The translations under genes and the position numbers were made by a program. Source: Trichinella spiralis (taxonomy: Eukaryota). Taken from it: DNA of 64,000 nucleotides. The stretch covers positions 10,474,789 to 10,538,788 of the forward strand of contig NW_003526943.1 in NCBI RefSeq assembly GCF_000181795.1, given 5' to 3'. Shown piece by piece: positions 28,568-46,366 of the stretch. The stretch's first letter is position 1; each line of letters opens with the position of its first letter. A model generated the notes under the pieces. The model was not told where the DNA came from and made no database searches. It saw only the letters and a list, made by a program, of their open reading frames with translations.

Positions 28568-29438
28568 CAGTTTAAAATTGATCATCAATGATTATTTATT
28601 GAAAAGGTGACTGTGGTGATCATGTTATTGTATACAATTGTCGCCACATTGCTATGTGGGCTTTTGACTGGAAGCGATTAGATTATTATTTTGATAACAG
28701 GTAAATTTCTTCTGAACAGTACTTCTTAGAGTGATATATAACGTAATATGTAAATTTAAATGTTAATATTAGTGAATGTCTGTTCGCTATTCAGATATTT
28801 GCGTGGACAATCGAACATTCCAGCTTATGAAATTCACCAAGTAGATCCTTGTAGAGTGAGTGGAAAGTTTTTAATATAATATAATATAATATATATTTAT
28901 TGTTTTTATTTGTTTCATAGATCGTCTTCATGGAAGTTTATCGAGCACTTGGTGGTCCCCATGATTTAGGAACAAAACGACGAAATATTGAACGTCTTCA
29001 TGTCTTTGCTGACAAAGTAAAAGCTGAAAATTTAAAAAGCAAAATTTCACTCGTATCCGTAAACCGATAAATCACTTATTTGCAGGATGTTCCTAGTCAT
29101 CTGCTGAAAAATGTATGCAATCATCTGGAACAAGTGATGCGTGTGCCCAAACGCTACGATGATTACACTGAAGAAGAGCGTCGGAATTTTCCAAAAATTG
29201 TTCAATTGTAATTGAATATTTTTTTTCTTTTTTAGGGTATTATTTAAACAAAAGTTTTAAATTTATGATTCGTCTTTTATTTATGTTATTTATATTATTT
29301 TTATTTTATGCCAATAATAGTAATAATAACACTGAGTGAACAACTTTAATCATTTAACTTTTTAGACCAGATGATTATTGTGTTGATGATGAAGCAAATG
29401 AATTGGAAACAGAAAGCTTTGATTCAAGTGAAAAATGA
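28165..29438 (+). CDS. MRPL13: Mitochondrial ribosomal protein uL13m, 7 exons
   Basis: FKRVQ-QWLTFARQWHII, GMNKPIFH, SDCGDHVIVYNCRHIA, ERLHVFAD and VPKRYDDYTEEERRNFPKI. Confidence 0.92.
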
Positions 29439-31454
29439 TTTTCTTTGCAAAAATAAAATATACATTACTTTTGTTCTTTTTATTAATAAATTTATTTATA
29501 CAGAACAAACATCTGATTAGTTGCTGAAAATTACACAATTTAAAATTCATTTATTCATTATTTTAAAGATAATTTTTATTATATTTAATAAATGGCATTT
29601 ATTAATTTTGCATGAATTTTCCAACAAAATTTATTTATTTAAAAATTAATTAGGTAAAATATTTTTCTATAGATTATGTCCAAGTAGGTGAAGTAAGATT
29701 TAAAATTTCAATTGAGAGATTACCACCTACATAACACATCAGAATGCAAACAATATATTTTAAAGATGATACTCAACTCGAAATCAGCTTCATGCAGTGT
29801 GCTGACGCTTTATAGCACTGACGTGGAATGTTTGTTTTATTTAATGGATGGAAAACTATAAGCAACGCAACTGAATGTTTTTTTTGGATAAACATTTACG
29901 TAGAATATATGCACTTATTTCTTTTCATTTAAATGCTATTCAAAATATTCAAAAAGGCGAGAATATATTTCAATATTTGTGCCTATTGAATTTATTATGA
30001 AAAGTAATGTACAATTTTTGAGAAGTAACGTTTTCATAATATTTAAATGTACTTTATTGATTTTGCACTAATTATTTACTGATTTTTTCACTTCAAAATT
30101 TGCAAGCCATTTCAAAGATGATCGAAACTTTTATGCGAGAATTTTAAAATTTCATAGGAAAATTAATTTTTGCATACAACAGCAGCAAGTGCTGTTTCTC
30201 ATATTGTCCATCTTTTTGACTTTTTCATTTATTAAATAACTGAATCTATAATATGTATATTTTAAGTTTACAATCAAAAAAATTAATCATAAGTTACGCA
30301 TCTTTACGCAACCAGCCGTTGCATTAACGTATAAAAAAATTTACGTTGCTGAAATTGTTCATCTATATGTATGGATGGATGAATGCAGATGTATATTTTA
30401 AAGACGCAAGCTATTTGCCGCTTAATATTATTTATCATGCATAGAATAATACAGTACTTTTTATTCGAATTTTTCAAAAACATTTTTTAATTTTTATTTT
30501 TTTCTGAAAATGCATTATTTATATTCATATCTTTCATTTCTTTATTAATTAGTGTATAATATACACTTATATGTCAAACATTCATAATAGAATATTAAAT
30601 AAGTAATTGTAAAAAATGTTGACAGAATGCTTTCATGCTGAAGGCATATTGTCTATATAGATTTCTGTATTATTTGAGAGCATGATTTATTGGATTAATT
30701 TGAAATATTGACGCTGTCATTGATTGGCATTCGATTGTTACAAACGTTGCTAGCTGCAAACAAGCGGTTCTTTGATGCACTCCAACATAATCAGACATAA
30801 TTTCAGCTCTACTGAAAACAGGTGAAAATTTTTTAGTCAATATATGAAATTCTTAAAAGCAGGGCATATTGAAATAGTGTTGAAAAAAAATCTATTTCTG
30901 AGTAGTAAAAACAATCGATAAATATGTAAAAATGCATGTTTTTGATTCAGTTGATAGTCGTCGAATCATGCGCTTGTCACTTTGTAAAATTTGTTTCATC
31001 CTTTTGGTTTGAATTCACAGTTTTAATCTTTGAAAGTGATGTGATTTACTCACACGCATGCTAATGTGAAATAATTTGTCAAAAATACACAACTAGGCAG
31101 TTTAATAGTTTTTCATTATATGACAGTTTACCATTATTTTGCATTATAAAATGCCATTTTAAAAGCATTCAGAAAATTTGTAAATGAAAATAAAATGATC
31201 ATATTGTTTGTGATTATATTTTCTTATTTTCATTAAAAACTTTTCCCAAACATGTGTGAACCTACAGGCCAAATTGAGCAATCTACAGTACGACACGAAA
31301 ACATTCGCAGGTGAGAATACAAGCAGCGAAGCGTACTGCATTGTTTGCTCAGATCATGAGCTGTGATCTGCTTAATTGAGTGTTCTGTAGCACTGAGCAT
31401 AAGCATATTCTGTGAAAATTGCAGCAACATTTCCGTTTCCGTCTTCGATAAAAC

Positions 31455-35803
<4,349 letters not shown>

Positions 35804-36762
35804 AATTATTCCCGGTTGAATTGCTTATAGCACTGCCAATATTATACAACTGCTTTGAAATGCAATTTGGTAACATCATTAGCTATCATATACAAGACGA
35901 TTACTAACTCGTTGTTGTTGTTGATGTTGCTGCTGTTTTTGAATGTTGAAGTTTGTAGTGATATTTGAATGTTTTAAAATTTCATTGACGTGTACACCAT
36001 ATTGATAATTTCAAAAAAATCAGTGCTATTTATAGATCACTGTTCAACAGTCATAGAATATTTCTGTTCAACTTCTACAAAGTATTTATTTATATGATGA
36101 CTTCACTTTTTTATTTTTGTGCTTTGATAGTAGAGCACATTGTATCACATTTGCAGCATTAAGAATTTACGTTTTAAATTATAAAAAGTTAATATTACAT
36201 TACAATATTATAATAAGTGCAACAAATTATGATTTGTTTTTCTGAATCATCATTTAAAACTAATATGAAGAAGTGAACTTAATGTAAAATAAAGCATCCA
36301 GATTTTATCATTTGCAATGAATAATTATTTACAATAAATGGTATTTATATAATTGTATATTTATTTAAAGTATATGTGGTAAAGTTGTCGAAATTGTTCT
36401 AAAAAATACCTAATTATTTCAATTATAAAAAACGGTACATAATAAGCAATAAAAATATTTATTCAAATTTTAGAATTTTTTTATTACAAAAATGATTTAA
36501 ATTAAAAGAACTGAAATTGAAATAAACATAATTAAATACAAATGAAGGCTTAATACAAATAAATCTTATTAGAAATTTCGAAAAATAGATAGATTTTGAC
36601 GCGTTGAAATACTGAATCTAAATTCGTATAGAAAGAAAATTATTTTCAACCCGCAATGATCACAAATGTTAAAATATTTCAGGGTAAAAGTGGTTTTTCA
36701 AAAACCAAAAAATCCAGCAATTTTTCTAATAAATATAAATTCCCACTGTGATCACTTATTCA

Positions 36763-37159
36763 TCATTTGATATAAACCTGAAAATTAAGAAAATTTTAAA
36801 TAAAACAACAATCCAACATCGAATTTGCATTTGCTCACAGAATTGTGTTGGTTTTTTTCTTCATCTTTTCTTAATAAAGGGACATTCAATAAAGATGTGG
36901 AAGTTTTCCTCTGATTACTGTTAAAAATATTCGGCGATTGTTCAGTGATTTGCATCACTGCTGACTTTGACTTTGTCAATGATGCGCACATTTTTGAAAT
37001 GAGAGGTCGACAGTTTGGTGACTACAAGAATTATTTTCAATAATTTTCCCTTTCATAAAAAAATATACTTTAAAGTTGTGCAAAATTTAAAATTTAAAAG
37101 TTCATTTTTCCTGATGATACCTTTTGCCTCAAACTTGACGTTCTGACAATTTCGAGACA
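36763..37159 (-). CDS. Duplicate 3' exons of the PRC1-like gene, truncated by the gap
   Basis: Near-identical to 6693-7091. Confidence 0.7.
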
Positions 37160-37287
37160 NNNNNNNNNNNNNNNNNNNNNNNNNNNNNNNNNNNNNNNNN
37201 NNNNNNNNNNNNNNNNNNNNNNNNNNNNNNNNNNNNNNNNNNNNNNNNNNNNNNNNNNNNNNNNNNNNNNNNNNNNNNNNNNNNNNN

Positions 37288-37482
37288 CTGACCATGAATA
37301 TCCCCGCATATTGATACGGGAGCGTCAAATTCTAATAGCGTGCCTTCATCTTGAAACGCCAGTTGCGCTTTTTCCAAAATTAACGAGATTTCTTCTTCAC
37401 TTAGTTGAATATTACAAAGCATCTTTTTCATCAAATAGCAAAACTGTCGCCATTCTTTTTCGCTAAGAGAAAAATGCGTCAT
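37288..37482 (-). CDS. Second PP1 copy, N-terminus only (runs into the gap)
   Basis: MTHFSLSEKEW...PVSICGDIHGQ; reverse complement of 39883-40077. Confidence 0.88.
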
Positions 37483-38485
37483 TTTCAGATACCAGAACCA
37501 CAAGTACACTAACAACAATCTGCGTAACTGAACAGCAGTTTGAAAACAAATCATACATATATATATTGGACTGAATGGTATTTTAAAGTAATTTAAACTT
37601 TTTTCATTCAGCTTTAATCCACTTTAAACTTTTACGTTTAAGATAGAATCATTTATAGTTTATCATTTTTAATAATTTATTTTTTGCAATAATTTATTTT
37701 GAAGATTTTGTTTTTAAGCATTTAATTTATTATTACATATTCAAAGAATGCTGTTTTCAAAATTTATCCAAATGATCTTATATAATCATATTTAGATATA
37801 AATAATGCTTGTTGTTTTGCTGATTTATGTAGATGGAAATTTGAAATGTGACACAAATATGTTCATTCAAACAGATATTCATCTGAGTGGAAAGGCGAGA
37901 CACTGGAGCCAAATAGTCGTCTCGGTTTGACAAGACATGGTATTTCCATGTCGGAGCAAAATTTGTTGGAAGACTTCACCACCGCACTGATGTGCTCGAC
38001 AAAGCGACAAAATTTTTGCCGGGAACCTAAAACATGAGTATGAAAAATTGCAATATGAAATTTCATTTACAAAAACCGAACACTTCAATACCTCCAATCA
38101 AGGTGAATTTTGTTATAAACTGGCTTTCTCCATTATCTAAATTATCTAGTTTCCTTGTTTTTATAACGCTTACCTGAATAACGACTTAAATTTTATATAA
38201 ACAAATAAATATGTTTTTAAAATAATGAAAGAAAAAATAATTTAAAAACAGTATGCATATATTTATACTGTTCTTCAAAGAAGGTTTGTCTTGCCACAAT
38301 TTCTCAAATGAAATGAAAACAACGATGGCCCAGTAACAACGTGATTTATGTAAACATTTCACTTTTGAACAAGTTCGATCTTAATTTCAAATTATGTAAA
38401 TTTTACCGTAAGAAAGGTCTGAGAGGCCTATCATTCACAATGCAGCGGATTGGTAGAAAAATGCAATAACACCCTTCTGAACATG

Positions 38486-38870
38486 TTATCTACCATGTGT
38501 TGCGATAATCTTGAAACCCTGGACAATTTGCTTCCATGGAAAAGGGCATGAGGCAACAGGAGTGAGGCTGGCGTTAGCGTTATTGGGAAGGATACCGAGG
38601 CTCCCTTTAGATGCGAAGTTAGGTGTGCTGCCTAGGAGTGAAGAGCCTGTGAATAGGTTCGTGCTAAACATCAGGCGGGCGGCTGATTGAGAGCAGGAAG
38701 ATATCCATTACCAGGCGCCTTTGCTTCTCCTTTTGATGTCTCTTCTACATAGGGTTTTAGGCGACCAAGGTGAACGATCGTTCGGTAGAGCTTGTCTTTG
38801 CAGCCCTGCAAGCGATAGGTGCAAGCGCCCAGTTTCAAGACCATGGAGAATGGCATCAACCAGTGAGAAT
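38486..38870 (-). mobile_element. Degenerate LTR retrotransposon (Gypsy-like integrase C-terminus) fragment
   Basis: PFSMVLKLGACTYRLQ...IVHLGRLKPY resembles the GPY/F...TYRL...VHxxRLKPY tail of Ty3/Gypsy integrases. Locally raised GC. Confidence 0.55.
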
Positions 38871-39882
38871 CAAGTTTGCGTTTGGAATGAGAAGAGGAGT
38901 TATTATCAGCATTTTGTACTAATGAAAAATAAATTTTTTAATGTACATTTTTTGTTTAAAAACAACATTCCTCAAAAAATTACGTATAAAGATGTAACAG
39001 TGAAAATGTTTGTTTGATTTTTATTTTGCTGCATTGAGGTCATTTTGAGCAAAGTGAATTATTTCATTGCAGCTGAATGTGTATTCAAGCAGTTTCTAAA
39101 TGTTAAGTCCACTTTTCTACTCATCTGCTATGTAAAGAAATTTCTCTGTAGGTACAATGAGAATCTTTTTACAAATCAAATGCGCATCCATAATAAATTT
39201 TTTGCCATGTTATACTAAAAAATATTCATAAAAGCACAACAACATTTTATCTAAAATAATAACAACACAAATGCATTTGCTGTTATTTCTGTTTACTTTG
39301 TGTAAAAATTTTAAAACTTCATGTCATTTAAGGAAATTCTACACTTTGATTTTTTTAAGTTTATTTGATTTTTAGCAATAGATAGCGCATTTCACCAGAC
39401 TGAACACCAATAAATTTGCCTCTTATATACACAAAACAAAACTATTACACAAAACGTTCAATTAGTTAATATTATTAAAAATTCAATTTAATTGCAAACA
39501 TATAATAAATTACAAAGTCACATTATAATGAAAAAAACTGAAAGTGTATTTGTAATCAATGCCAGATGCAAATTCATTTCATGAAATATTTCTTTTTCAT
39601 TTTAAATTTCAAGCGAAGGTTTCTAATTTAAAAACTTCTTAAATAAATATCTAAAAACAAAAAATGACTGGTATCGTTTTCAAAATAAATTATTAAAAAT
39701 GATAATCTATAAACGATTCTATCTTAAACGTAAAAGTTTAAAGTGGATTAAAGCTGAATGAAAAAAGTTTAAATTACTTTAAAATACCATTCAATCCAAT
39801 ATATATATGTATGATTTGTTTTCAAACTGCTGTTCAGTTACGCAGATTGTTGTTAGTGTACTTGTGGTTCTGGTATCTGAAA

Positions 39883-40327
39883 ATGACGCATTTTTCTCTT
39901 AGCGAAAAAGAATGGCGACAGTTTTGCTATTTGATGAAAAAGATGCTTTGTAATATTCAACTAAGTGAAGAAGAAATCTCGTTAATTTTGGAAAAAGCGC
40001 AACTGGCGTTTCAAGATGAAGGCACGCTATTAGAATTTGACGCTCCCGTATCAATATGCGGGGATATTCATGGTCAGTATAATGACCTGCTAAGATTATT
40101 CGGTGCTCTAGGATGGCCTCCTGAGAAGCGATATTTGTTTTTGGGTGATTATGTTGACCGAGGCGACAACAGTATTGAGGTGATTTCGATGCTATTACTG
40201 TTAAAAATACTGAATCCCCATGCCGTTTACCTGCTTCGTGGCAATCATGAAACTTTAGCTGTTAACAGTGTATATGGATTTCTTGAAGAAGTCCGCCATC
40301 GATATTCACGTGATCTTTATATTTAAA
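39883..40327 (+). CDS. PP1-family phosphatase, N-terminal half (intronless); continues at 12313
   Basis: GDIHGQY, LFLGDYVDRG and LLRGNHE motifs. Likely start is ATG 39883; an upstream in-frame ATG lies at 39811. Confidence 0.93.
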
Positions 40328-40524
40328 NNNNNNNNNNNNNNNNNNNNNNNNNNNNNNNNNNNNNNNNNNNNNNNNNNNNNNNNNNNNNNNNNNNNNNNNN
40401 NNNNNNNNNNNNNNNNNNNNNNNNNNNNNNNNNNNNNNNNNNNNNNNNNNNNNNNNNNNNNNNNNNNNNNNNNNNNNNNNNNNNNNNNNNNNNNNNNNNN
40501 NNNNNNNNNNNNNNNNNNNNNNNN

Positions 40525-43500
40525 GGGAGCGGTCGATCCATCCCAGCCAAGGATTCGATACCCTATACATGCGCTAGTCCTGCCCAAGATCTGTGGAAAG
40601 ATTCGACAAGCGCCGGTGAAGCTGAGTGAGTGGCCCCACTTGTCCAATCTTCCGGTTGCCGACCAGTGTGAAGAACGGACATTCACTATCGACGTCCTCA
40701 TTGGTTTAGATCACTACTTTAATTTGGTTGGCGGTGACGTTCGCCGGGGCCCGGCGGGTGGACCTGTAGCAATCCACTCTCAGCTAGGCTGGATTCTCTG
40801 CGGACAGACCAACAGACGGCCAACCACTGCCGTGACTACCCTCCTGACTCACGTGGAAGAATCAGCCGACCAGATCTTGCGGCGATTTTGGGAACTAGAA
40901 GCCATTGGCATTGCCACCGACAACCAAACAGCTCCACCAGACCAGGAGGCGCTCCAAAGGTTCGAGGAGGGGCTTTCTTTTGATGGCGAACGATATGAGG
41001 TCCATCTTCCATGGCTTCCAAGTCGGCCCTCGCTGCCAAATAATTTTCCACAAGCAAGACGTCGCTTGCTTGCCGTCGAGCGCAGACTGGCGCGCTGCGA
41101 AGAGGAAAGGCTGGAGTATGCAGCGACGATGCGTCAATACGTGGAGAACGGCTGGGCAGAAAGGGCTCCAGAGATCGGTCCAGAAGGTCGAACTTGGTAC
41201 TTACCTCACCACGCTGTATACCAAGGTGAGGGTAAGGAGAAGAAGTGCCGAGTTGTTTTCGATGGTTCAGCGCAATACGGACAGACATCCCTGAACCGCC
41301 AACTCGAAGTCGGCCCGAACTTGCAGATCGACCTGCTCAAGGCCCTCCTGCGATTCAGAAGGTACCGTGTCGGCCTACAAGCCGACATTCAGAAGATGTA
41401 CCTTCAGGTGCGGATTGCAGAGCAAGATCGAGATGCTTGCCGTTTTTTGTGGAGGGACAAGTCGGGTGAACTTAGCCATCTCAGGTTGCAGCGGGTGTGC
41501 TTTGGTTTGACATGCTCTCCTTTTCTGGCCATCAACACGGTGAGGGTGCACGCGAGACGTCACCAAGACGCTGCACCACGAGCAGCCGCGGAGATCTTAG
41601 AAAACATGTATGTGGATGATCTGGCCACGTCATGCGACACGATCGAGGAGGCAAGGGAGTTGGCTGGCGAATTACGAGGACTGTTGGCCAAGGGAGGTTT
41701 CCACTTGCATAAATGGGCTAGCAACGAGCCTGAAGCGTTGACATCCGTGCCGGATGAAGTAAGATCCGCCTCCAATAGAAGCCACCTCTGGAAGACGCTC
41801 GGAATGCAGTGGGACCGACGGGATGATGTTTTGACCTTCTCGCCACCGGCGATGGTGAACAGCCCGGGTAGAGAGTCAAAGCGGTCGTTGTTAAGCACTG
41901 CATTTCGCGTCTTCGATCCAGTTGGATGCTTGGCACCGTTCACCGTACGAGCGAAGATGTTTCTCCAGACTCTGTGGCAGCGTGGGACGTCGTGGGACGA
42001 GCCATTGCCACATGACGTGATGGAGCAATGGAGGCGCTGGAAGCAAGAGCTGCCGCATCTGTCGAGGATCCGTCTTCCACGCGCACTCGTACCGGTGGCC
42101 CTTGGCCAAGTGACACGTTTGGAGATCCACGCATTTTGCGACGCGTCGGAGAAGGCATATAGCGCGGTGGCATACATGCGTATTGAGACGACGAACCACC
42201 ACACCGTGGTGAACTTCGTGACGTCGAAGACGCGGGTTGCCCCAATCCGGAGATTAACCCTCCCGAGGCTGGAGCTCATGGGGGCCCTCGTGGCGGCAAG
42301 ACTGGTGCGCTCTGTCCAGAAAATGTTGGGTCTGCAAGTGCATGGCATCACTTGCTGGTGTGATAGTGCGGTCACTCTTGCATGGATACAATCGTCGGCC
42401 GACCGTTGGAAGCCTTTCGTGCGGAATCGCGTCGCAGAGATCCAACAGTTGGTGGAACCTGCGGCATGGAGACACTGCCCAGGGCGGCAGAACCCGGCCG
42501 ATCTTCTAAGCCGCGGCACGACGCTTCCAAAATTGTTAGAGTCGCCATTGTGGTGGCATGGGCCGAAATGGTTGGCTCATCCGCACAATGCCTGGCCGGT
42601 GGGTCAGCCCATAACAGAGGATACGTCGCCCGTGCGCGATGAGCGACGAAGCGAACAACGAGTGACGGTTGGCGTCACTACTCATGTGGAATGCAATTCC
42701 ATTGGTCCTGAAAGGTACGGCTGTGTGGAACGGCTTTTCCGTATCACAGCGTACTGCCAGCGTTTCGTACGCAATTGCCGATTGCCGGCAGAAGCTCGTC
42801 AGAGTGGCGCACTCACGGTGGCCGAACTGCGGATGGCGGAGGGCACGTGGGTGCGAATGGCCCAGTCGGAAGCTTTCAGTTCCGAACTTCAGGCGCTGTC
42901 ACGGAAGGGGCGTGTCGTCGCGACCAGTCGGCTCAGTCGACTGGACCCTTTCGTGGATGAAGAAGGATTCCTGCGGGTCGGTGGAAGACTGGAGAACGCA
43001 GAGTTGCCATCACACATGAAACACCCAGTGATCCTGCCTGGAGACCACGCCCTGACGATGGGTCTGATTAAACGCTGCCACGCACGGCAGCTGCACGCTG
43101 GGACCACGCATACGCTGGCAATCTTAAGACAGCAATATTGGGTGTTGAAAGGGCGCACCCAAGTGAAGAAAGTAATCCGGCACTGTTTTGCTTGTCGGCG
43201 TGCAATGGCCAGACCGATTCAGCCGAAAATGGCGGCCTTGCCATCCAGTCGAGTGGTCGAAGCCGCTGCTTTCGCTCACACTGGGATGGATTTCGCGGGG
43301 CCATTGCTCATTCGTGTCGGAAAAAGGGCCACTTCCAAGTGCTATGTGTGCTTGTTTACGTGCATGGCATCCCGGGCAGTGCACTTAGAACTGGTCCCTC
43401 AGATGACGACGGCCAGAGTGATGCAAGCGCTCCGGCGGTTCATCGCCCGGCGAGGAAGACCGGAGATTATCCAATCGGATAATTTCCGCTCCTTCAAAGC

Positions 43501-44485
43501 CGCCGCGTCAGAGTTGAGGCAACTCTGGCGACACGTGGACGTGGACCGAGTCCAGCGTGAGCTGGTAGGCCACCGCATCCACTGGAAATTCATCACGGAG
43601 AGAGCCCCGTGGATGGGAGGCTACTGGGAACGCCTCGTCCGCTCGATCAAGGAATCGTTGCGGAAGATCCTCGGAAAGGCGCTTCTTGATGAAGAAGAAC
43701 TCAGAACAACTCTCTGTGAAGTAGAAGCCTCCCTCAACGCCAGACCACTGACATTCGTGGGGGATGAAGACCACGAACGCCACCCTTTATCACCGTTTCA
43801 GTTGCTGACCGGTCGTGCGTACGTGGACTTCCCGGCAGTTGAAGCCCATGACCCAGAATGGCAGCCAGTAGGACGCGGCCCCCCGCAATGGAGTGACCGA
43901 TGGCGATACCGTCAGCAGCTCCTCGCGAAATGGTGGCGAAGTTGGAGACGAGAATATCTGTCGGAACTGATGGAGCGACAGAAATGGAGATCTTCCCCAG
44001 CCGGGCCAGAAGTGAACGATTTGGTGTTGATCCTGGAGGACAACATCCCGCGAGTCCAGTGCCCGATCGGCGTGATTACGGAATTGCACTTTGGCAGCGA
44101 TGGCATAGCGAGATCAGCCAGGATCCGGACGTCGAACAACGTGATCACGCGGCCAGTGGCGAAGCTTGTTCAACTCGAACCGGCAACTGTCAGTGATGGG
44201 CGTAAGACACCCCCATCCGGGGGGGAGGATGTAGACGACAGAAATGGGGTCTGTATTCAACAGAGAACCTGAGTGTCATTAATAATACGGTAGACCCGGA
44301 AGTGACGTAATAGGGGATTTTGCGTGGTTGCTTGCGAGATAGTGTCGTGGCTTGTCGTTGTTAGTAGTTCGCCTTATAAGTCGGATTGTCTAACACATTG
44401 GACACTCCCGGCCTTGCAATAACAACTCAGACATACAGTCCACTAACATCGGAGACGAGTGACTTGTTGTTTCGCTCGTTACACA
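40525..44485 (+). mobile_element. BEL/Pao LTR retrotransposon: uninterrupted pol, polypurine tract and 3' LTR; 5' end lost in the gap
   Basis: Stop-free frame 40525-44272 with DVLIGLD (end of protease), WYLPHH..RVVFDGS, ADIQKMY, YVDD (RT), FCDASEKAY...LPRLEL (Pao RNase H), NPADLLSRG, H-H-C-C plus D-D-E integrase and WWRSWRREYL. High GC against AT-rich flanks. Confidence 0.97.
44230..44485 (+). repeat. 3' LTR (~255 bp)
   Basis: Follows the purine tract GGGGGGGAGGA (44219-44229). Starts TGTAGACG and ends CGTTACA(CA); GC drops sharply afterwards. Confidence 0.8.
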
Positions 44486-44811
44486 ATAAATTGTTATAAA
44501 AATTATTTACAAAATAAATTTTATGGAAATAATTAAAGCATTCAGCTATTTTATTAAGCATTTATGCATTGCTTTTATTATAAATTAAAATTTTTTCATT
44601 TCATAATTACAGTATGATTCTACAAATTGAATGCATTCTGTACATAGGCTATTATATTTTAAGTAAAATATTTAAATTATTTAAATGTTTGCTCAATAAA
44701 TTGAATATTATTAAAACTACTTTTAAAATTGTTCTTAAATGTCCAAATTACAGTATGGAGTAAAAGTGAAATGTGCAATTGAGCATTGCTGAAAAGAGTT
44801 GAATAACATAA

Positions 44812-46366
44812 ATGTCATTCCATTCACGAGGAGGATTCCGCGGTAATCGAGGCAATTTTCGTGGTGGAAACCGTGGCAGAGACAGAGGTGGTGGTTTTAA
44901 TCGTGCTCGACCATTTGACACAGGACCGCCAGAATTTGTTGTAGGTAAAGTGAAATAAATACACAAAAATTACAGTTATTAAAAAAGTTATGTTATTAAA
45001 TACGTTTTTATGTATACCTTCATGCTTCATATTATAAATTGTTTATTTTATATCATGCATTTGTAATGTAGCATTCTAACTGGATTCATCTAAAAGTTCA
45101 ATGATGAAATCCACTTTGCAATTCTGCAGTTCGTTTGTAGAATGGCAAAACATATCATGTCAGAAAATTTTTTTATTTTTGCTTATCAGTTTCCATTATT
45201 TTCCATAAATTTTACGTGACTGAAATAAAACATGAAGTAGATGTGACGTGTGATTTTTTGTTATGTGTGAAATTTTGCAAACGTTTTCAATTACATTGCA
45301 ATTACATTTTCATTTCTAAGAATTGTTTAGTTTTATTGGTAATCGTTAAGTACTGATCGCATTTTAATTATTTTTAAAACTGTAATTTATTGTAAAGTTA
45401 AAACATTTTAAAATATTTTCGTATACAACACTTCTTAATTTAGAATTGGCTAAGTTTACGCATACTTGTTTGGATAAGATAATATGCAAGTGTACAAATG
45501 AAAAAATTCCTTATTTTAACGCACCTTTATATTTTGAAAACAAACAACAAATTGGGAAAGTGGACGATGTTTTCGGCAATGTCAGAGGACACGTAATGTT
45601 TGCATTTTGCGTAACTTTTTTGTTGTCAAATTAACGTTAACAATTTTAGTGCATATCAGTTACTTTATCGGATGATATAAAAGCATCGTCATTTAAAGAA
45701 GATGATAAGGTATATTTTGTTTGTTTGTACTTGTTTGTAAATATAATTTTTTAGGTTTACATTGATCCACATAAACTGTTACCTCTTGAACGCTTTTTAC
45801 CAAAACCTCCTGGAGCTGCTGCACCCCGAGGACGAGGTTAGTACATGTAGTTATCTGAGTAATTTTTCAATTAATTTAGTGTAATAATAATTCATTAACA
45901 ACTGTAAATAAAAATCATCTCTAAATTTCTGGTATACTAAAATATTATTATAATTGTATAGCAAATTTATATTTTAGTGTAAGAATTGTTTGTCAAAATA
46001 TGTAAATAGTTAGTTGATGTGTTTTTATGCATTTTGTGTGCCATTATAGGATCTGCCGTAGGAGGGCGTGGTGGAAACCGCGGCGATAATAGAAGCAGAG
46101 GTAGATTTGGCGATAATAAAAGTAGAGGTGGATTTGGAAATAATCAGGGTAAAGGTGGTTTTGGAGGCGGAAGAGGCAACTGGAGAGAGAATTCGAATGG
46201 AACGCGCGGGCGTGGTGGAGGCTTCGATCGTGGAAGAGGAGGCTTCGATCGCGGAAGAGGAGGCTTCAGCAAAGGCAGAGGAGGTTCCGATTGGAGGAAT
46301 GAAGGTTTTAAACGAACTACCTTTGGTGGAGAACCAGCAGTGCAGAATAAAAAGTTAAAATTTTAA
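44812..46366 (+). CDS. GAR1: H/ACA snoRNP subunit GAR1, 5 exons
   Basis: RGG-rich termini; core [35 protein letters not shown] and [17 protein letters not shown]. Confidence 0.95.

Noticed and set aside
40836..44196. Many overlapping and antisense ORFs
   Set aside because: Expected by-products of GC-rich pol sequence; no motifs.
40268..44272. Apparent 1334-aa ORF joining PP1-region sequence to retroelement pol
   Set aside because: The join is across an N gap and out of frame with PP1; PP1 actually continues at 12313.
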